Shown piece after piece: positions 57,950-64,000 of a DNA stretch of 64,000 nucleotides. The notes under the pieces are model-generated. The model was not told where the DNA came from. It was given only the letters and a program-made list of their open reading frames with translations, and made no database searches. Origin of the DNA: an uncultured Spirochaetaceae bacterium (GTDB taxonomy: Bacteria; Spirochaetota; Spirochaetia; SZUA-6; RPPD01); contig CAZWYY010000002.1 in assembly GCA_964638895.1 (NCBI GenBank), forward strand, positions 1,626-65,625, given 5' to 3'. The stretch's first letter is position 1. Every line of letters starts with the position of its first letter. The position numbers were made by a program, and so were the translations under genes.

Positions 57950-58065
57950 TTTGTTTAAAGTGTATATAAGTACATTGTAAAAATCAACATATTCGCTTTT
58001 TTTTCGATTACACGCCGGCCTTGACCACTTTTTTTAATTTGTGTAGTCTATGTGATAACGCAGTT

Positions 58066-58548
58066 ATGAGAAGAGTTATCTATCCGGGAACGTTCGATCC
58101 CCCAAACAACGGACATTTGAATGTCATCTCACGCGCGGTGAATATTTTCGACCAGATAGAGATTGTCATTGCCGTAAACCCCGAAAAGAAGTGTGTTTTT
58201 ACGCCCCAGGAACGGTTTGAGATGATGAAGAAACTGGTTGCGCACCATTCCAATGTGAATGTGCACCTATGGGAAGGGTTGATAGTGGATTTTGCCCAGA
58301 AGATGCAGGCCAACATCATTCTGCGGGGGGTGAGGGCACTTTCTGATTTTGATTACGAGTTTGAGCTTTCCATGATGAACAAGGCACTGAATGCGGACAT
58401 CGAGACTATATTTTTACCCACCGACAAGAAATACTTCGTGTTACGGTCCTCGGCCATCAAGGAGGTGGCGCATTTCAACGGAGACATCTCGGAAATGGTA
58501 CCGGAGCTTGTGGCCAGGGCTCTAAAGTTAAAACTACAAAGTTCTTGA
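58066..58548 (+). CDS. coaD: Phosphopantetheine adenylyltransferase CoaD.
   Basis: VIYPGTFDPPNNGHLNVISRA contains the H/TxGH motif. The ORF-track start at 58021 adds 15 non-conserved residues. Confidence 0.9.
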   Translation: MRRVIYPGTFDPPNNGHLNVISRAVNIFDQIEIVIAVNPEKKCVFTPQERFEMMKKLVAHHSNVNVHLWEGLIVDFAQKMQANIILRGVRALSDFDYEFELSMMNKALNADIETIFLPTDKKYFVLRSSAIKEVAHFNGDISEMVPELVARALKLKLQSS

Positions 58549-58611
58549 CATTAGATGAACAATGGTGTAATTTTTGCTATCTTAATCTACACCACTACAT
58601 AAGGACGGAAT

Positions 58612-58800
58612 ATGGCAGTACCTAAACATAAAACATCGAAGGCTCGTACGCGGAGAAGAAAAACCATAAATATGCGATTGGCGCCTCCTCATCTGGTTGA
58701 GTGCAACAACTGCGGTAATCTTACACTTTTACACAGGGTATGTCCTAAGTGCGGTTTCTATCGGGGAAAACAAATCCTGAAGCCTGAGGAAATGGCTTAA
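58612..58800 (+). CDS. rpmF: 50S ribosomal protein L32.
   Basis: MAVPKHKTSKARTRRRK followed by a zinc ribbon (CNNCG...CPKCG). Confidence 0.9.
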   Translation: MAVPKHKTSKARTRRRKTINMRLAPPHLVECNNCGNLTLLHRVCPKCGFYRGKQILKPEEMA

Positions 58801-58827
58801 CAAAAAAACATTGAAAGGAGTCATGTT

Positions 58828-59076
58828 ATGGATAAAAATGAATTATTAGGGAAGATGAAAAAACTGATTGCCGAAAGACTGGAAATAGATGAAGGCAAGA
58901 TAACACCGAATGCTTCTTTTAGAGAGGATCTCGGCGCCGACAGTCTAGATACCTACGAACTTGTATACGCGATTGAGGAAGAATTGGGAATCACCATTCC
59001 CGATGAAAAAGCCAATGAGTTTGAAACAGTGGGAGATGCACTGGAATATATCAAATCGGAACTTGATAAAAAATAG
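58828..59076 (+). CDS. acpP: Acyl carrier protein.
   Basis: LGADSLDTYELVYAIEEELGI contains the phosphopantetheine-attachment Ser (DSLD). Confidence 0.95.
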   Translation: MDKNELLGKMKKLIAERLEIDEGKITPNASFREDLGADSLDTYELVYAIEEELGITIPDEKANEFETVGDALEYIKSELDKK

Positions 59077-59093
59077 CATTTCACATTGGGTTC

Positions 59094-59852
59094 ATGTTAA
59101 AAAATATCAACAAACTTAATATACCTCCGATAGACCAGGAACGAAAAAAAGAATTAAAATTGTTTCAAAAGCTTGCCGGAATCAGGTTCAAGAGCGATAT
59201 GCTCTTGAACCTGGCCTTTGCGCACCGGTCCTATGCCAATGAAATCCCCGGAGAAACAGAGAATAATGAAAAGCTTGAGTTTTTGGGAGATTCGGTGCTG
59301 GGATTGATAATAAGCGAGAATCTTTTTATTAATTCAGAGGACAAGAACGAAGGGGACCTGGCGAAAATAAAGTCGTTTGTGGTCAGTGAGGATATTCTGG
59401 CAACCGTGGCCAAGCGCATCCGGGTTGATAATTATATCCTGATAGGCAAAGGTGAGGAGTATTCCGGGGGCAGAAACAAAAAAACCTTGCTGGCCGATGC
59501 CATGGAAGCCATCATAGGCGCCTATTATCTGGATTCTGGTTATGCGCTGGTAAAGGAGTTCGTACTCCGGCTGCTTCTTCCGGAAATAGACAAGGTGGTG
59601 GAAGACCGGCATAAAAAGGATTACAAGAGCCTGCTTCAAGAGTACGTGCAGAAGAAATACAGGTCGTATCCAAAATATGCCGTGGTTAAAAAAAGCGGGC
59701 CGGATCATGACAAGACGTTCGTTATCGAGGTAACAATCAACAACGTGTCCTACGGAAAAGGCGTGGGGAAAAATAAAAAAGAGGCCGAACAGCAGGCCGC
59801 GGGTATGGCCTATAACCGCTTGACGGGCGCGGCTAGCCAAAAAAAGGTTTAA
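59094..59852 (+). CDS. rnc: Ribonuclease III.
   Basis: NEKLEFLGDSVLG catalytic signature and a C-terminal dsRBD (KDYKSLLQEY...GKGVGKNKKEAEQQAA). Confidence 0.9.
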   Translation: MLKNINKLNIPPIDQERKKELKLFQKLAGIRFKSDMLLNLAFAHRSYANEIPGETENNEKLEFLGDSVLGLIISENLFINSEDKNEGDLAKIKSFVVSEDILATVAKRIRVDNYILIGKGEEYSGGRNKKTLLADAMEAIIGAYYLDSGYALVKEFVLRLLLPEIDKVVEDRHKKDYKSLLQEYVQKKYRSYPKYAVVKKSGPDHDKTFVIEVTINNVSYGKGVGKNKKEAEQQAAGMAYNRLTGAASQKKV

Positions 59853-61203
59853 GCCTCGTATCGTAAAAATTTCTGGCAAGCTTCAGTAATGTTTCGCGTG
59901 TGTTCTGGGTGGGATCTTCCAGTACGGCTTCCAGCAGAAATTCAAGTATTTGCCCGATCTGTTCACCGGGCTTGATATCAAGTTCCCGCATTATGTCGTT
60001 CCCATTTACGCACAGGTCATTAAGCGACAATACGGTCGCCCCGCTTAGGATATCGTTGATCCGCTTTTTAAACCTGTCCAAAGACCGTGTATCGGCCGGG
60101 CGGTTGCACATGCCGACCTGGTCGGCTTTCCGCAGCATAAACAGATCATCGATATTTTCCCTTCCCACGCGCTGTAAAAATCTCCTTACGGCGGCGTCGG
60201 TCCAAGAATCGTCATAGCCGAACATATGATGCAGGATCAGGTGGTGTACGCCGGTTATAACCGCGTTGGGAAACTTCAGGCGCTTAAGGATACGTCCGGC
60301 GATCTCGCCGGATTTTTTTTCATGCCCGAAAAAGCGCAGCTCACCCTCCGCGTTGCGGGTTTCGGTAAGCGGCTTTCCGATATCGTGCAGAAGCGCGGCC
60401 AGGCGGACCGTAAGGTTGGCGGCCGGCGCGGCGTCGCACGAATAAAGGGAATGAAAGTACACGTCAAAGCAATGCATTGTAGGCTGCTTGATATTCCGGC
60501 AGGCTTCCAGTTCTGGGATGATGAAATGTAAGAGACCGGTCGTAAAAAGAAGCTGTAAACCACGTGAGGGAAGCCGCGTTTCCAGGATCTTTACCAGTTC
60601 GTCCCTTACTCTCTCCCCGGATATTTTTTTTATGAGCGCCGCGGTTTGGGCAATACCCAGCATGGTGTTTTTCTCAATCACAAAATCAAAGGCACAGGCA
60701 AAACGGCAGGCCCGTAACGTCCGTAGGGCGTCCTCTTTGAAACGTTCCAGCGGCTCTCCAATGGCCCTGATTATTTTTTTTTCCAGATCCGTCCTGCCGT
60801 CAAAGGAGTCAAGCAGCTTCCCTGTAAGAAGGTCATAGGCAAAGGCGTTAATGGTAAAATCGCGGCGCTTGAGGTCCTCGTATATGTCGGCGGCATACTT
60901 TACCTGCGCCGGCCTTCTGAAATCCTCATATCCGCCGTCAATACGGAAGGTGGTCACCTCAAACTGATGGGATCTGAACAATACCGTTACCGTACCGTGC
61001 TTGATGCCAGTAGGAATAACCCTGGGAAATACCTTCATTACCTGGCGGGGCAGGGCGTCTGTAGCCAGGTCAAAATCTTTTACCGGTCTGCCCATTAGCA
61101 GGTCACGGACCGCGCCGCCCACAAGATAGCATTGAAATCCACTGTGTTTAAACTTGAGTGCGAACTCCTTGATCTCTTTGGGGAGGCGTATGTGCATATT
61201 CAC
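59833..61203 (-). CDS. cca: CCA-adding tRNA nucleotidyltransferase / poly(A) polymerase family enzyme with an HD domain.
   Basis: YLVGGAVRDLLMGRPVKDFDLATD nucleotidyltransferase head, RRDFTINAFAY, and an HD motif (LLHDIGKP). Confidence 0.85.
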   Translation of the reverse strand: MNMHIRLPKEIKEFALKFKHSGFQCYLVGGAVRDLLMGRPVKDFDLATDALPRQVMKVFPRVIPTGIKHGTVTVLFRSHQFEVTTFRIDGGYEDFRRPAQVKYAADIYEDLKRRDFTINAFAYDLLTGKLLDSFDGRTDLEKKIIRAIGEPLERFKEDALRTLRACRFACAFDFVIEKNTMLGIAQTAALIKKISGERVRDELVKILETRLPSRGLQLLFTTGLLHFIIPELEACRNIKQPTMHCFDVYFHSLYSCDAAPAANLTVRLAALLHDIGKPLTETRNAEGELRFFGHEKKSGEIAGRILKRLKFPNAVITGVHHLILHHMFGYDDSWTDAAVRRFLQRVGRENIDDLFMLRKADQVGMCNRPADTRSLDRFKKRINDILSGATVLSLNDLCVNGNDIMRELDIKPGEQIGQILEFLLEAVLEDPTQNTRETLLKLARNFYDTRLKPFFG

Positions 61204-61237
61204 AAGGTAGAGTCTTGTGTTGTTCTTGTCAATTGAT

Positions 61238-61282
61238 AAAAAAAGGGCTGTCCGGAATCCCGGACAGCCCGGCTTTTTTTTG
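61238..61282 (-). terminator. Rho-independent terminator for flaB (minus strand), also usable bidirectionally.
   Basis: A7-GGGCTGTCCGG-aatc-CCGGACAGCCC-GGC-T8 is a perfect 11-bp stem flanked by A and T runs, 18 nt downstream of the flaB stop. Confidence 0.6.
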
Positions 61283-61299
61283 GTGTTTGAAAAACATGC

Positions 61300-62172
61300 C
61301 TAACGGAATAACTGCAGCACAGACTGAGGCTTTGTGTTGGCCTGGGCCAGCATGGCCGTGGCGGACTGTACCAGGATTTGGTTCTTTACAAAGTCTACCA
61401 TCTGATTGGCCATATCCGCGTCCCTGATGCGTGATTCGGCGGCCTGCATATTTTCAGCGCCGGCGTCCAAGCCACGGACAGCGTATTCAAGGCGGTTTTG
61501 TGAAGCGCCCAGGTCTGCCCGCTGTTTGCTGACCTTTTTCAAGGCCACATCGATGATTCCGATGGCGCGGTTGGCGCTGTCCGGTGTGGACAGTGAGATA
61601 AAGGTGGCGTCATGCGGTAAACCGTCCGCACTCTGAATACCAAGACCCTGCGCGGTCATAGTACCGATATAGATTCGCTCACGCTGGTCCATATTGGCCC
61701 CGATGTGAAACCACATGCTGCCGGTAATCGAGTTCTCTCCCGTAAAACGGGCAAAGCGGCCGGTCATGAAGTTCATACCGTTGAACTGACCGTGAGAGGC
61801 GATCCTGTTTACCTCGTCTACAAGCTGTGACACCTCTACCTGTATCTGCATGCGGTCCTCGTCCGAATAGATGCCGTTTGAGGACTGGACGGCCAGCTCG
61901 CGCAAACGCTGCAGAATATCCTGAGACTCCTGCAGGTAGCCTTCAGCCACCTGGATGAAGGAGATGCCGTCTTCGGCGTTCATCGAAGCGCGGTGCAGAC
62001 CACGAATCTGAGAACGCAGTTTCTCGGAAACAGCCAGACCGGAAGCATCGTCACCGGCCCTGGTGATACGCAGGCCGGATGAGAGTTTTTCCATGTCCTT
62101 GTCTAATGATATGCCGTTTTGTTTTAAGTGCCGGAATGCAAACATGGCACTAAGGTTGTGATTGATAATCAT
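61300..62172 (-). CDS. flaB: Spirochaete core flagellin FlaB.
   Basis: [16 protein letters not shown]...[30 protein letters not shown]...[11 protein letters not shown]...[16 protein letters not shown] is highly similar to treponemal and borrelial FlaB. The start was chosen at the conserved MIINHN after a GGAGG ribosome-binding site. The ORF-track start at 62259 adds 29 aa. Confidence 0.9.
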   Translation of the reverse strand: MIINHNLSAMFAFRHLKQNGISLDKDMEKLSSGLRITRAGDDASGLAVSEKLRSQIRGLHRASMNAEDGISFIQVAEGYLQESQDILQRLRELAVQSSNGIYSDEDRMQIQVEVSQLVDEVNRIASHGQFNGMNFMTGRFARFTGENSITGSMWFHIGANMDQRERIYIGTMTAQGLGIQSADGLPHDATFISLSTPDSANRAIGIIDVALKKVSKQRADLGASQNRLEYAVRGLDAGAENMQAAESRIRDADMANQMVDFVKNQILVQSATAMLAQANTKPQSVLQLFR

Positions 62173-62173
62173 A

Positions 62174-62255
62174 CAATCCTCCTTGATTGTTATCCCCGGA
62201 CATCCTTGTCCGGTATGCCTACTTTGATGGTCGGAAAAAAAACAGGCTGCTTTAG
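62174..62255 (-). promoter_or_regulatory. flaB leader and promoter region. It holds a hairpin that displays AGGA in its loop, an AAGGAGGA Shine-Dalgarno sequence (CsrA-type sites), and a candidate sigma-28 promoter (TAAAG-N15-CCGACCAT).
   Basis: The minus-strand mRNA reads ...CTAAAG(N15)CCGACCATCAAAGTAGGCATACCGGACAAGGATGTCCGGGGATAACAATCAAGGAGGATTGTATG. It contains a perfect CCGGACA/TGTCCGG inverted repeat with an AGGA loop. Confidence 0.4.
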
Positions 62256-62343
62256 TCATTAAAATAAAAAGTAAGGAAAAGAGAGGATGGTTGTGTATTT
62301 GCGGGTGATATGCTACTATTGTAAATGATTCGTGGTGAAGTAA

Positions 62344-64000
62344 ATGAATAAAAAATCACGTCTGAGGGAATTGTCAAGCAATCTCACGGAAAAAGAACGA
62401 AAAGACCTACTGGAAAAGATATATAATAGCCAGAAAACCGAGGAACAGGAATATATAGTTCCCGTGGAAATCGAGGATGATGAAAGAAGCAGGATTATCC
62501 GTTCGGAAATACGGCAACTTCCGTGGTGGAAAAAGTTTCTACTTTGGCTGCAGGTTGTCTTAAGCGGTAAGGATAAGGAAAAACTTTTCCTTGCCATGAA
62601 GATCAAGGATTTAAAAAAGAATATCAAACGGTTAAACCCCGGATTAACGGGGTTTGAAACGAGGGATTTGTCTGCAAAGTTCGCACAGCACCTGTATGAC
62701 CTGTACAGCAGCGTTTTTTCATTGATTGATGTGTACTATAATTTTACCGGCAAACTCGAATTCAAGGAACAGTTGGTAATTCGCCTGGTTGAGAAAAATT
62801 ACGAGAACGCCAAGGATTCAATAGAGGATTTTTTTAATCTGGAAGATATGGAAGACTCATACGCCCAGACGGGCAGGGAGAGACTGGAGAAACAGTTTTA
62901 TAAGCGTTTGGATGGTTATTTAAAATCCATTCCTTCAAAGGTGTTCACTATGGTAGAGAATGAAATCAAGCCGGTTTTTTGCTTAAAGAATATTGTGCTT
63001 TTTCATTACCGGGAACTGTTCAATTTTTTCAGTTACCTCCTTCCCCCGGACGCGCTTGATAAAAAATATCCCTTTTTTAAAAGCGCGCCCGCGCTTATCA
63101 TTCTTGATCACCTGGAAAGATTATACTATGCCTTGTTTTTTGCGCTTTCCAACCTGGAAAACGGTTCTCTCCTAAGCGATGAGTTGTTATATTATTTGGT
63201 TCTTCTGCAGAACAATCTGAATCCGGATACCGATGTTGAGGAAAACGGCCAGCTTTCAGTCAAACTGGAACAGGAAAAATCAACCCTGGGCGGGGGCTTT
63301 TTGAAGCTTATTTCCGAGGTGACAAAGTTCAACAATGCCATACCGCTTTTGGATCTGATAAAATATTTCCGAAAAGATCCGTACTATCGCCTGAAATTTT
63401 ACCTGCCCGCCTTTCCCGTTAAGAATATTTATTTCACGGCCTGTAAACGGAAAATCGAATCTCAATTGCACAGCAGGCTGCAGCTTATCAAAGAACGGGT
63501 GATCAGCCGCAAGATTGACGATCTGTTCGGCGCCCAAAGCATTATTCCGCTGCGCTATTATACGGAGGACCGGGAGGAGCTGTTTACCCGGCTGGGGCTG
63601 CCGTTTTTTTCAAGGACAAAATCGCTGACCCTTTTATATAACTATATAAAACAGATTTACAAGGATGTTATTCAGGATATCCTACAGCTTATAAACGATT
63701 ATTTTTTTGCGCAGAGCAAGCGCAATCAACAGAAACTGCTGTCGTTTGCCTCCGCCCTGGAGGAACTTGAGGACAACATTTTGCATTTTGACAGAGCGCT
63801 TTCGCCCGATGAGGAGGACGGGAAGACACTTTTACGCCTGCGTTACAATATTGCCTCCGATCTGTCCCATCAAAAGATGTATAAAGGTATTATTACCGAA
63901 AAAGACAAAGAGGCGGCCGCCATGGTGGAAAAGGGAATCGAATGCCTTGGCGGAATCAAGACCATATTCGATGAGATACTCAATACGCCGGTGGAAAACA
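62344..64000 (+). CDS. Large hypothetical protein, 5' portion only (over 550 aa), which continues past the window end. K/Y/F/N-rich and low GC.
   Basis: Uninterrupted reading frame from the ATG at about 62344 to the window end, [30 protein letters not shown].... It is absent from the ORF track only because no stop codon falls inside the window. No recognisable family. Confidence 0.55.
   Translation, partial: MNKKSRLRELSSNLTEKERKDLLEKIYNSQKTEEQEYIVPVEIEDDERSRIIRSEIRQLPWWKKFLLWLQVVLSGKDKEKLFLAMKIKDLKKNIKRLNPGLTGFETRDLSAKFAQHLYDLYSSVFSLIDVYYNFTGKLEFKEQLVIRLVEKNYENAKDSIEDFFNLEDMEDSYAQTGRERLEKQFYKRLDGYLKSIPSKVFTMVENEIKPVFCLKNIVLFHYRELFNFFSYLLPPDALDKKYPFFKSAPALIILDHLERLYYALFFALSNLENGSLLSDELLYYLVLLQNNLNPDTDVEENGQLSVKLEQEKSTLGGGFLKLISEVTKFNNAIPLLDLIKYFRKDPYYRLKFYLPAFPVKNIYFTACKRKIESQLHSRLQLIKERVISRKIDDLFGAQSIIPLRYYTEDREELFTRLGLPFFSRTKSLTLLYNYIKQIYKDVIQDILQLINDYFFAQSKRNQQKLLSFASALEELEDNILHFDRALSPDEEDGKTLLRLRYNIASDLSHQKMYKGIITEKDKEAAAMVEKGIECLGGIKTIFDEILNTPVEN

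Noticed and set aside
62316-62627. 103-aa minus-strand ORF immediately upstream of flaB.
   Set aside because: Lies antisense to the 5' end of the large + strand ORF starting at 62344. Poly-Ser/Phe low complexity. The real element here is the flaB promoter and leader.
1-64000. Scan for CRISPR arrays, rRNA or tRNA genes, IS elements and integron features.
   Set aside because: No regularly spaced direct repeats, no tRNA-like cloverleaf candidates, and no transposase or inverted terminal repeats were seen. Coding density is near-complete, with short spacers.

Overview
The window reads as a spirochaete chromosomal core region, not a mobile or accessory island. The lineage call rests on a FlaB-type core flagellin, a Tap1-like FliK, FlbB/FlbD, and hslVU sitting directly upstream of flgB as in Borrelia. 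Nearly every gene from about 2.8 kb to 56.7 kb is on the + strand.

In order, the region contains:
- a four-subunit 2-oxoacid:ferredoxin oxidoreductase (delta-alpha-beta-gamma);
- a compact division cluster, mraZ-rsmH-ftsL-murF-mraY-ftsW-ftsQ-ftsA-ftsZ;
- xerD, a TPR lipoprotein, then dprA-topA-xerC-hslV-hslU;
- a roughly 24 kb flagellar super-operon running flgB through flhG, followed by an acidic membrane protein, fliA (sigma-28), a FapA/DUF342-like protein and two small unknown genes;
- ffh-rpsP-KH-rimM-trmD-rplS;
- a FliK-like ORF paired with a stand-alone FlhB C-terminal domain, an HD-GYP phosphodiesterase, yraN and several lower-GC unknown genes;
- coaD, rpmF-acpP-rnc, cca and flaB on the minus strand;
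- a large unknown ORF that runs off the 3' end of the window.

No rRNA, tRNA, CRISPR array or transposon was recognised.

The items most worth follow-up are:
- the FliK-like plus FlhB-C-only pair;
- the genes around fliA;
- the duplicated promoter module upstream of mraZ and inside the flagellar operon;
- the CsrA-type leader of flaB;
- two degenerate paralogues, a tandem pseudo-receiver protein and a CCA-like HD protein.

All coordinates were derived by hand and may be off by 1-2 nt.
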